The position numbers and the translations under genes are program-made. From Paraphysomonas bandaiensis (taxonomy: Eukaryota > Protista > Chrysophyceae), in NCBI GenBank assembly GCA_965644295.1, contig CBFFRP010000039.1, positions 78,915 to 142,914 of the forward strand: DNA of 64,000 nucleotides, given 5' to 3'. How positions within the stretch are numbered: position 1 is the stretch's first letter; the number at the start of each line of letters is the position of its first letter. The notes beneath the pieces were generated by a model. That model was not told the DNA's origin. It did not search any database and saw only the letters and a list, made by a program, of their open reading frames with translations. Positions 46,601 to 58,233 of this stretch are shown here, in pieces.

Positions 46601-48754
46601 TGTTTTATATCCATCACTTGTAGGAATGTAGAGCACGGAGAAACAGTGTCGCATCTCCAATACTTGATCCGGGAGATCGCCCAGCGATTGCTGGAGGTCC
46701 CATAGGAGGATAGTAAGGGTCATTCTTCGTACACCTGTGGACAACATCACGCTCCTGTCACACAGCAACCTGAGAACAGTAGTCTCTGCAAATCTAATCT
46801 CCTTTAGGGAAAGCCTGAGGGCGCGAGGAGCAGAGAATCTGAAATGCTCAACTGTTTTCAGTAGCCGCTCTGCAACCTCACTGCACGTAGTATTCTCTAA
46901 AGCAAGCAAAAGATACTCCATCTCCCTTAACGTTTCACGTCCACCTGACTGATGGGAAAATTGCAACGCGGCGTCCATCGCAATACACAACAACCTATGT
47001 CCTGCATCGGCAAGCTCAACCACATTACTATCTGTATGATTATTTGCAGTAGCTTCAGGAGTACGACAGTGCTTGTCTAAGATGTCAAGAATGAATTGAA
47101 CCCCAGTACTGCGGTACAAAGCCTCAGCATTAACAGCAGTAAGATCTGCTACAGCGGAGAGGAGGTGCCGTTTGGTATCTACACTTGCATGCTCCCATAT
47201 TTTGAATTCAAGTAGCAAGCCCTGTAAAGCAGCTGTAATACCGTCACCAGTGTGCATGTCCGAGAGCATTCCCCCCACCAGAAGCAGGCATTTGTCAACC
47301 AGCTCCTTGTTGATCAAATTTTTAGTAAGCCGCGACAATGCCAGCGATAAAACGTGAAAGCCATGTTCCTGCAAAAATAGATCCCGCGCATCTGATGACC
47401 GCGACAGCAATGCTGTAACCAAATCCATAGCTCCGTGTAGGTTAGATACAGCCACTCCTTGAGCTCCCTCATCAGCGCCCCGTCCAGTCCTGGAGATTCC
47501 CATGGCGTAATCCCAGAGTAGGTACAACATCACATTGGTCCCACCTATGTTCAGCCAAGCCTGAGTCCACGATAGGTTAACATCTATATCGCAGAGCCCA
47601 GTAAGAAAAGGCAGACGAGCTGTTTCACTCTCCTCCCAACGTGAGGTCATTTCAATGTAGTCTGGAGTTGGCTGCCCAGCAGAACACACTGGGAGAAGAG
47701 AATCTACCGTAAAGTGCAAAGGTGTGAAGCAAAAGACTACGCGAGCCTTACATGCATTTGTCGCGTCTTGTCCTTTGGTCAACTGCGTGCCAAGTACACA
47801 GTGTCCAGTATCAAAGGACCCTTGTGGATGAGGCACTCCTATATCAAGAGCCGGCATGTATGGTCCTGACTCAGCCAGCAGAGAGAGGAGGTGGGGGGAA
47901 AGGCCTTCAGAGTACAACGCCAAACCCGCCACCACACCACGCATTCCTGATCCTATTGTCCACGATGACTCCTGGGGAGAATTGAGGAAAGGATACGGCA
48001 AGTCATGCTCTACTTCGAGTGTTCCATCAACGTAAACCCGTATGAAGGGGCGCGAAGAAGACTTTCCAGCAATGTGTACAAAAGAGAGCAGCAGCCATTT
48101 GTCTTGTGTGAAAAACATGGTGCCGTGAACATCCTCAGACTCTCTGGGTATCGGGCTTTGTTGCTCAGCTGTTGCTCTGAGGCGGAAGAGACACCTACCA
48201 TCAGGATGGTATTCAGCCAGCGCACATTCTATTCCCCCACTAGGAGACCGACAACGAAATAATCGTGTGTCTGAATTGATAGGATTGCCGCTAAATTTGC
48301 ACCACATAGTAAGTGTATAGGACTCAGCACATGGAAGGGAAATCGAGGGCAGTTGAGCGTAGCTCCTCAAGTCGCCCGGAAACTTTATTGCAGGGGGCGA
48401 GTCCTGCTCTATTATACTCTTAAGAATAGAAAGTGCTTTGTAGTGGAGTCGTGCTGGAAGATATTTGTTTCCGCTCACACGCAGCAATTCGCATAGTTTA
48501 GCAAGGCCTGACTCGGAGGGGCGCGATACGTATAATAATTGTAATAGTTTTTCTACATCGCTGTGAGGGAGTGAGCTGAAACAGTGCAAAACTTCAACTA
48601 CACAAGCGACATTCACCGGCGTTCCATTTCGATTCTGTTCAATCGCCAACTTACAGAAGTCTCTAACAGCACCCTCAGCATGACTGCTCGAAGGAGGAGG
48701 GAGAGAATACTTGCGCAGTATTTCCTCCAGACGACACACAGTGACCTCATCCAT
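40682..48754 (-). CDS. Large BEACH-domain protein (ConA/LamG-like, ARM, PH-BEACH, WD40)
   Basis: RRYRLRDSAIEVF (PH), [50 protein letters not shown], FGQCP. Three long ORFs plus a short last exon are joined by short introns. Likely start MDEVTVC. Confidence 0.92.
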
Positions 48755-49197
48755 CTTATCCTCGCTACCACTACTACTTGTATGTAACAGTGTACATGGG
48801 CAGTCAGTTAGCTTGAGATAAATTACGAAGTTAGTTTTGATGCGCTCTGTGATCGCCTTCTTACTGCTGTAGCCTTTTTCTACACAGCAGTATTGTACGA
48901 AATGTCGAATATTATACCGTATAGGTATACCGTATAACTCGTATAACCGCATGCGCAAAGAGAAATTGTGTATTATCAGATTACGGTGTAGGTATACCGG
49001 TATACGGCCATATGGCATCGTGGTGTAGATAGATCTACCTGTGAAGGCTTTCTTCTTAACAACTTCCAGCCACATTCAGACAAGTAGAGAGCAGTTCAAT
49101 GGGTTTGAATTGCTAAACCTTATACTGTACATCTTAAATGTACGACATATAGAATGCGGCTTCGAAAGAGTGCATAGTGATAGCGAAGAGCAGGACC

Positions 49198-52100
49198 ATG
49201 ATTTCCGTGGCATATGTGTTTCTACTGGTGTTAACTGCAGTATCGGTTTGCTCTCGCGTGGTGGTCATAACTGAAGAGGAGAGACCAGCATATGAGAACT
49301 ACAATGCAGGTGCGTCACTGCATGGTGCAGGTGATATCGATGGAGCCGTATTATACTACCAGGTACCTATCTCTCGCATGTGCAGACCGTGTTGTTATGT
49401 AATCTATTGTGTACATTTACTCAGAAAGCGATACACCAAAAGTTTGATCTGGCCGAGGCTCATATGAATATTGCTCTCTGCTATGAATTACGTGGCGATA
49501 TAAAGCGCTCTGTATATCACCACGAGGAGGCCATACTATGGGCCACGGATTCAGCAATTCGTGTCAAAGCGCTGTGCAATCTAGCCTCAGCCAGACATCA
49601 ATTCTATTCCTCTACAGAGAATTCTATACTGGAAAGTATTAACATTCTCGAGTTCGCGCGATCGCTAGATAGTAATAATACTGCGGTGTTATTATTATTG
49701 GCTCAATTGATGTCTGCGATACGGAACTATGACGAAGCGCTGTCTGTTTTACATGATCTTGTCAGTCGCCACCCCAGTCATGTGCTCGGTCATCTAAATA
49801 TTGGAAATCACTACTTTCGAGTTGGAAATTATCGTATGGCTGTAGAATGGTATCGTGCGACTCTAAGTGCAGGGCCACAAAGTGTGGACACCGCAGTTAT
49901 GGTGCATAACAACATAGGCGCTTGTCACCGACTAATGCAGGACTTGGAGGCCTCCGCTGAATCTTATCTGACTGCCTTCCAGAATTCTGCTGCTGGGCAA
50001 GTCATAGGGAATGGGTTGTGGACAGTGAACAACGGCCCCACGTCCCAGGAAGCGTGGACCATAAGCAACCTGTTGGCGGTGAATGGCCTCGTGTGTAACT
50101 GGAAGAGTCTAGAGGTTCTTGAGGCTGTGGCGTTAACGGCAGTCCGTGGCATGTGGAGACAACATCTGTTGGGCCTACGCGCAACACGAGATGACATAGA
50201 AATGGACTCTTACGGATTTATGCTTAATAGGTCAAATGATTTGAACATTTTACGCGATGTATATTTCATTGATACCCAATAGATATTCTTCGCGGGAGGC
50301 AGATAAGCACCTGGCTGAGACGAACTGCGCTGTTCATCCACTCTCTCATGTATCTGAGCAACGAGACCAGAAGGCCTACGTGCGCACAGCGAAAACGGGA
50401 ATTTTGCGGGTTGGCTATCTAAGCTATGATTGGAAAGATCATCCAATGGGAAGATTGACGAGCCGGTATATATGTTTCTGTTCTCCGTTGTTGTTCCTAA
50501 GATCCCTGTTTGTCATTGTTTCAGGTTTGTGACTCACCACAATGCATCAGCGGTCTTCTCTGTGAGCTTCAGCTATGGTCCAGATGACCGTAGTGATATG
50601 CGATTTCGAGTGGCTACCCACTCCCCTGTGTTTGTAGATGTCGAAAATATGCCCCTCTCTTCCACCATAGCTGATATCATTGCGACTCATGAAATTGATG
50701 TTCTAGTGGACTTAACAGTTCTCACATTCAACAGTAGATTGGATGTTCCCGCCCGCAAACCTGCACCTGTCGTTATAAATTATCTAGGTTTTCCAGGTAC
50801 TTCTGGCTGCAGAGCTTTTGACTACGCCCTTGTGGACGCTGTAAGCACTCCCCCAGAGATCAGTGATAGCTTTACGGAGAGCCTACTGTATATGCCACCT
50901 GGAAGGAGGGTGTATCAGGGTAATGACATGCCACTCCATGTTCCTCCTCATTGCGATGAGAGTGACGATCAAATTGATGAGTGGTCTTGTCGAATTGCGC
51001 TGTTTTCCAACCGCAAGGGAGGTGAAAAAATAGCCACTGTACCGGGCTCACATGTTATGCTTTGTTCATTTAACGCGAATAAGAAGCTTGAGCCAGTGTC
51101 TTTTTCCGGTTTGTTTATGCTTCACATTCTCGCCGCAATTTAGTGTTGCTCTGTAGCATGGATGAATATTATGCGCCGCGTTCCAGAGTCAGTACTTGTG
51201 ATGCTGTCAGGTGGCCCTTCCTCTGATAGACGAGTTGCAGCAGAAGCCTCTGCACATGGTATATCCTCCTATCGTTTAGCATTCCTGGTAAAGGTACGGA
51301 ATTTTGAAACTAACCACAGTCGAATTGTATCACCTTCAGCTACCGCTTGCTTATAGGAACCCTGGGAGAGACACCTCAAGCGTTCATCTGGGTGCGACCT
51401 CGTGTTGGATACATATGTATACGGTGCCCATACCACAGCATCTGACATGCTCTGGCAAGGTGTTCCTACTTTGACATTATCAGGTATGCAACTGTGCCAT
51501 CGAATTTAAGTGCTTGTTTATACCTTATGTTAGCATGGGGGAGTGGGAAAATGCCATCCAGAGTGGCGTCAGCGTTGCTTCAATCACTTGGTGGAGTAGC
51601 CCACCTGTCCATCGCTATGACAGTTAGAGACTATGAAGACTTAGCTGTAAGGTATGATGTTTTTAGTGAATTCCCCACACATTTACTAATCGTCTGTCAT
51701 TGATTGTAGACTCTGTCGGACATCTAATATTCGAAGGCGCATGCGTACTTCTATTCTTAGTCAAACAATGCTGACATCAACATTTAATAAATTTAGTCTA
51801 CAGAAGTCTTTGGAGATATCCTATAGACTGGCATGGGATATGACTCGCATTGGGAAGTTGCGAGGTCTCAGGCGTCCTCCTCATATTTTTGCTACAGAAT
51901 CTTCTGGTGTGAATAATTTAGACAGTAAGAAGACAATGATTTGTCATGCCAGAGATATGTTGGAGGAGTTGTTGGCCATGCAAGCGGGAAATGGAGTGTA
52001 TGTTGGTACCACAGATAGCGACGATGCGGCTGGGCATGATTCACTGGCAAGTATCAAGGCTATTTGGTTGAGGGTAAAGGCCGCGCTCAGAAGTCATGAT

Positions 52101-54521
52101 CTGGTTGTTGATGGATGGTGTGAGCTGATGAAGCACATTTTTCGTGATCCATGCCAGCAAGCGCAATTGTCGGTAAATGATATAGACATGCCTGTCATAT
52201 CTGTCCAGGTGAGTCATACAACGTAGTTATAGCAATACGGGTCATAGCTCTTTCCCCAATAGAACGGCAATAAGAGTAGCCAATTAGAACTTTCGCTGAG
52301 TTGTTCTTCTATTCAGGTCAGCCTGTAAATTTGTACTTTATGAGAATGTAACATGCATGCAGATCACTGATGTGTTCGGTGTGTCGAAGGGGAGTAATTT
52401 CGTTGTCAATCACACTATATTGGCGTCGTACGTACGCTGTCTACGACTTACCAATAGTACAGCTCATGAGCTCAATAAATTGATACGTTTTCAGAAAGAA
52501 CTTATGGATAAAGGCATGATTGTTCAATGTAGTAATGTATTCGACATTCTTTCGCCTTTTCTTTTTGTGGAGGTCACGGGATGGCCGTTTGATTCCGTTT
52601 CTGCCCCTTTTCCACACCACGAGGGGCTTTTGTCGACGCTTCCTCTACGGTTTTTCAATGGAACGCACACAGTGTATCTTCCACTCAGAACCCTTGTGAG
52701 CAAGGAGGAGCAACTGATTGACTTTGCATCTATCCTCCACAATGCTGGGATTTGCGCTTATCTAGCCGGCAGGTGGTTGTATGTTTGACGCTACTCAACT
52801 CGCCATACATTCATACTTTTAATGATATGTATTTTTAGGAAAGAAGATGCTCTGTATCGGATGGCATCTTCGGCAATGCTGAACATCGTCAGCGGAAGGA
52901 GCATTGTTATGTTAGGAACCATGATCTCCGAAATGGGCGACGAAGAATCCGGGTTTATGGTTTCAGCACATGGAGTCACCATGATGGTTTGTTATCGTGT
53001 GTTTCAAAGAGGTGTTAATAAGAATTTCAGTATATTAACCAGAAGAAAGAGGAATTACCATCGATACTTTATAGCACTGAAAAGCGGAGAATTGTAATAT
53101 ACTGCGATGAATATGGGCAGTCATGGTGGACAGAGTACGCGATGTTTCTACTGTTATGCGTGCGTAGGTCTTATGCGTAAAGTAGGTGGAATCGATCATC
53201 TGGACTTGGAGGATCAGAAGAGGCAGTCATATTTCTTGCTGAAGCGTTGGCTGTCGATAGTAGGTGAGTTGTTTTCTACCCGCTTGCAATGTATTATATT
53301 TTTCTGCCAAGAAACCAAGTAGAGGTGTATCTGAACTCTTGGAGCGACAGTACCGAACAAGGTATTAGACTTCAACAGGAATCTATAGGCGCAGTTATAT
53401 ACCTCCACCTCTCTCAGTTTGATGCATCTCGCTCGCCAGATGTGTTTGTTGCCTGGAGATACCCCATAAGCCTCGCTCTCTTTCCAGCAATGAAAACTAA
53501 AAGTAGGAGAACATTTTCGATGTTATGGCTGCATGACCTAATTCCGTTGGCCTCACAACCGGATATACTCACTTCCTTTGTAAGAATTGTTTACTGCTTA
53601 ATGTATAATACTTATGGTCATTTAAGACGAATATTATTTGGGTGCCAAGTGAGTTCCACAAGCGCCATGTCAACCCATCTCTGCGTGATGTTGTTCGAGT
53701 GCTGCCTCATGGCTTGTCTCCTGAGATTCACTTCACCGATGTGATGGATGAAAAGAACAGTAACGACGTGTTTGTGTATGGGAGGTGTGTGCGTATGGCA
53801 ATATGTTTCGTACTTCTTATCACTCTCAGCTCACCATATCGTGGGCTGGAGATCGTTTTGTCTTGCTGGGGCGAAATAAAGCGGTCTATTCCTAGTGCAG
53901 TGTTATATGTGTTTTATGGCTTCACGTAAGTGATCATATGCATCATATTGACTATGTTTCATTTCGATGCAGAGATTCTGTTGTTACTGAACTTAAGGAG
54001 AGGCTTGGACTTGATACTTATAATTTATGGCGGGAGAGAATGGATGTTTTATTGTGTCAAGATGGCGTTATCTACAAAGGAATGGTACGTATGGAGTGAT
54101 GTGAAACACTTTTTTGAACCTGGAGTAGGTTGGACAGAAAACTCTATCCGACTATTTTTCCAAAGCAGGTTTTATTCTTTATCCTACATCGTTTCCAGAG
54201 ACTGGGTGCCTCACTGTGATAAAGGCAATGGCTAACGGCTGCATTCCTATCACATCGAGATATGAATACTCTGTTCTTCCGGAGTTAACAGCTGGTTTTG
54301 ATCTTGGTCCTCGTCAACAGCTCACAGTGTCACTCGTGGAGGGCGGCAATATGACAGCATGGGTCGCGGACTGGCAAAACAGTGTGGTTTCCGCATGGTG
54401 GCAAGCATCGCATGAAAGTAGAAATGACATCCTTGAGCTGAGGAGAAGAATGATTGCGCATACGCGAAACCAGTACAGCTGGCAAAAATCCGCAGACTTG
54501 TTTCTCTCTGTTTTACATTAA
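49198..54521 (+). CDS. Signal peptide + TPR + GT41 (OGT/SPINDLY-like) + GT4-like glycosyltransferase fusion, many exons
   Basis: TPR repeats. GT41 motifs LRVGYLSYDWKDHPMG, IDVLVDL, NYLGFPGTSG, SFNANKK, LDTYVYGAHTTASD. GT4 motifs GGSEEAVIFLAEAL, SSPYRGLE, YPTSFPETGC...KAMANG. Confidence 0.8.
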
Positions 54522-55507
54522 TCGAATGCATTTATCCGAGTTTTCCGGAATCTACTTTGCTATACATGTTAATTATATTGCATCTGAGATGAGTTATGGT
54601 ACCGAAATACTGTTTGCTAATATAGATAGGGAGGTGGCGTTCCACGGAACGGTTTGTCATACTTTAACTACAACCTACTCCAAAGTACGTACTTGTAGCT
54701 TGTTGATGTTTATCGCTAGTAGCCACCCTGTATTCTGTCTAGCAATGAAATACAATATCTACAAAACTACAACAACAGGAATAAAATATGAAAAGAAACT
54801 GAAAATCTCTTTAAATATATAATATTCAGCGATACACAGTGTCTTCCACAGCCCAATTTAAATCACCTACTATTAATATATTGTAGCCGACGGAAATTTC
54901 ACGAAAGTAGCCTCGGCTCAAAGTTACCCCGCTTTGAGGAACTAAATTTCAAGAAATTCAAGAAGTTTTTCATATAATTTCTTATCAGATACAACAGAGC
55001 TCATCTACTAGCCTCATTCATGACCTAGAATCCAAATGCCCGATACAAAGAGAAACGATTACGCATGAGGAAAAGAAACTCTGTACTACCAGGAATGAGA
55101 TCGTGTACTCGTTCCTCATCGAAGTGTGCAATGTCCAGCCAAACGCAGGCACAACAGCAGTTCTCTACTACGAAGGAAGTACAGCAGAAGGGTTATTACA
55201 GGCCTGTAGCACACTATCTATATACTCAGCAAACGATGCGACATATGCAAGAGCAAGCAACCTCAGTGTGAGATATGTGATATCCCCACAGGCCATCAGA
55301 AGACTGTCAATGCAGCCGTAGCTAGTTCGAAACGTGGCCGAGACCCTAGACGGAATATAGCACTCTGCAGAAAGAAGAACCATGAGTTCATAAATCAATA
55401 GATGCAGAAACAGCAGATGATGTAACAACAATAATTCTCACCTCCAACAAACACTGAGGCTTTTCTGTGTACAGACTGATCATTATTATCTACAGTCAGT
55501 TTTACCA

Positions 55508-56041
55508 CCCTCAACAAAAAGTCGGACTCGCGCCTTCTCGTGGTGTTCTGGGGGATAAGTACCGAAGATATTTCTCCGAGAAACTAACGTGAGCCGTATA
55601 TTATGTAGTAGTCAGCATATAATTTTCTGCCCATTCATAGCCAAATGCTTGTGTGGTACAAGAAGGGACACTATTAAGTGTGTCACTTATATATGTAGAC
55701 GTCTTTGGGCCTTGACCAATAAACAGGCACACGGAAATGTGCCCACCTGAAGGGTCACCGGGGTATTATTGGGATGCCTGCTGAAGTCAAGCATTCGGGG
55801 TGTTCACCTTCATTAAACAAAATCCTGAATTGAGCAGATGATAGGTATATCAACAATATGCATGCTCGCTGCGTTTTATTTGAGTAATAGAACGATAGTG
55901 ATTGCACCTTGGTGCTTGCAGTGACGCACAAGCAACATTCGTAACGTTAAATAGTAAGATATGTGTTAAGTGCTTATTAGTTAAATTGCAGTGCTACATT
56001 AGTTCTGACTCTTACTCGCCTATTGCTAATAAGACATTCAA
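55508..56041 (+). mobile_element. Ribozyme-headed SINE-like retroposon, copy H (full length, long subfamily)
   Basis: Runs ccctcaacaa to aagacattcaa. Confidence 0.85.
55509..55595 (+). ncRNA. Putative HDV-like self-cleaving ribozyme (copy H head)
   Basis: P1 55509-15/55545-53; P2 55527-31/55589-93; P3 gcc/ggt; L3 ttctcgt; GA 55554-55; J4/2 CUAA with C at 55584. Confidence 0.62.
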
Positions 56042-56047
56042 CTCTGA

Positions 56048-56690
56048 CAGGGTTGTGTAACAATTAATTGAATTGCGATTAAATTGCATATAATATATGT
56101 AATAATGGCATTTTAATTGCTCGCTGGAAGGTTGCAATTGAAGTGCAATTATTTCTCTGGAGACAATACCCATAATAATATATGAATCCAAAGTTAGTCA
56201 GACTTATTGGTCTGAAGATTGACAACATTGCGTCTTTGATAAAATGCGCTTCGCACAAACTGAACTTAACTGTGCTTCTATATCATTGTGAATAGTATTA
56301 TGCTGGACTGATGGATAGCATTACCGAATTGTGCAAACAGCTCCACACTGAAGAATTCAAGAAAATTGAGGAAACACGACTTGCCATGTGCTCGTGTGAG
56401 GAATGACACTCGGTGGGTTCCATATTTATTATGCTCCAAAGATTTTTATAGTTGGCAGGAGATCTGGGCAGGTGCAATATTGGCGATGAGGTCAACACGA
56501 ATAATCCCAAATGCAGTGACACATGCTAATTAGAGCGCTTGACAGCGGAGTTAAGAGAGTTCGAAAGGGTTTCTATGAGTTTTCAGAAAGGTGGTATCGA
56601 ACAGGCTGATCTTAGTGGTAGTGATGTTCATTTTTTATTCAATACCTTAATGCAGAAGTTCCCTTGTATTAGAGCCACCACCATGCGAAC
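56048..56690 (+). mobile_element. hAT left terminus and degenerate transposase fragment
   Basis: Starts cagggttgtgtaacaattaattg, like 37733; decayed coding sequence resembling SIFIMLQRFL. Confidence 0.6.
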
Positions 56691-57298
56691 AATGCTCTAG
56701 AGCTCTAATAGACTTCTGTGGAATGCAAGTACAGTTGAAAAATCGTGCTTGTAATGAGTAGCTAATTTATTACCATTAATAGTTATGCAGCCCAAACTAC
56801 TGTACAATCCGTTTTTCATTTTTGGAACACATGTTGCGCTTTCCCTCTCAATCCCAAATAATGAGGCACCAGACAGCTGGTTCTGTATGGTAACGACCCT
56901 CACAATAAAGTTGCAGTCAGTGTAATCTATGTGAGCAAGTTTACCACGAACAGCATCGTACAGTCTCATTTAGCCAAATTCCTTTTATAGATATGCTAGC
57001 AGAGGTGCGCAACTCAGTGCTCGTTATTATACGACATCACTATGGAGTGGAGTGTATATTCATATGATTGATTATATATGCATTGCAGTCACAGTCTCAT
57101 TGTTCATGATTGATATATATACGCCCATATATATATACTCCACCGTCCATATATATACGATCCATGCATATCTATATCCGGCCAAGATACAGCAGATATA
57201 TATACCTATACACACCTCAAATACACTGGTATCGTTTTTCGACAAAGCGGATCACTTCTAGACTTTTTTTTGTGTTGTGTGTTTTGTATGGAACATGA

Positions 57299-57999
57299 GG
57301 CCGTTCCTTACGGCCATGGACGGTGGTCAAAAAAAAACTAATTTCTGTCCAAAAGTAATGGAAGGGACAGAAATAATATTACGACCTACATTTGGGAACC
57401 TTGAGTCATAATTCTGTTATCACGAGTTTTACCAAGCCTATGTCGAGTAGGATGAGCGCTTGTTGTGATTCAAACGGTGTCCTGGAACCAGCATATTGCA
57501 TCCAATATATCTACATATAACTTTTCAATATATATGGCTTGAAACCCCCTTTTCTTTACAAAACACAGGTTTTTGACAGTTTCTCCTATAGAAACGGGTG
57601 TTTTCATCATGTCATGTTATCTTTTGTTTTGACCAACCGTAAGGCCACTAATTATGGTGAAGACAAAAGATACTATAAACTTTACACTGTCACTTGTGAC
57701 TTGTGTTATAATGCTAATGCTTTGATTCACAATGCATTCAGTGAGAACAAGCGAGTATGAATGAACAGAAATTCAAATTCAAACACAAAATCCATGTTTT
57801 TGTCTTTTGTCTTTTGTCTTTCTGTCTGCGCCATAATTAAAGCTCCATTCGCACCTGGACAAAAACAATTCTGCTGAAAAAATGTCTTTTGTCTTTTTGT
57901 TTTTTGTCTTCACCATAATTAGTGGCCTAAGGCACAGTGTGTTGAGAATGCGAAAGAAAAAATGAAATTTTGTATTTTTACCCACCGTAAGGAACGGCC
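57299..57999. mobile_element. Non-autonomous TIR element (MITE) hosting a nested MITE
   Basis: 15-bp perfect TIR ggccgttccttacgg / ccgtaaggaacggcc; no clear TSD. Confidence 0.7.
57643..57927. mobile_element. PIF/Harbinger (Tourist-like) MITE, 285 bp
   Basis: 26-bp perfect TIR ggccactaattatggtgaagacaaaa with TAA TSD (57640-57642, 57928-57930). Confidence 0.9.
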
Positions 58000-58233
58000 A
58001 GCTTCGAAATTGTTGTCAATTTTGACAACAATTTTTTTTATTTGGAGTGGGACCATCTACCGCTTCGTCGAAAGAAGCAAAATCGTCTCCTATAGCGCCC
58101 TACAAGAATTCCTGTAAAAAAACGAATGAACTGCCCTCAATCGAGGAGGAAATCAGGCCAACACCAGCTCCGAACTTAAGACATGGTGCTCTCTGCAGAG
58201 TCAGTATAAAAGCCTTCACTAACTGACGACCGT

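Noticed and set aside
48755-49075. N-terminal extension of the 1262-aa BEACH ORF
   Set aside because: It runs through the TATAC-rich divergent promoter and reads as non-coding; MDEVTVC is the more plausible start
54880-55430. Coding-looking stretch after the GT gene
   Set aside because: Multiple stops and no family recognisable by eye
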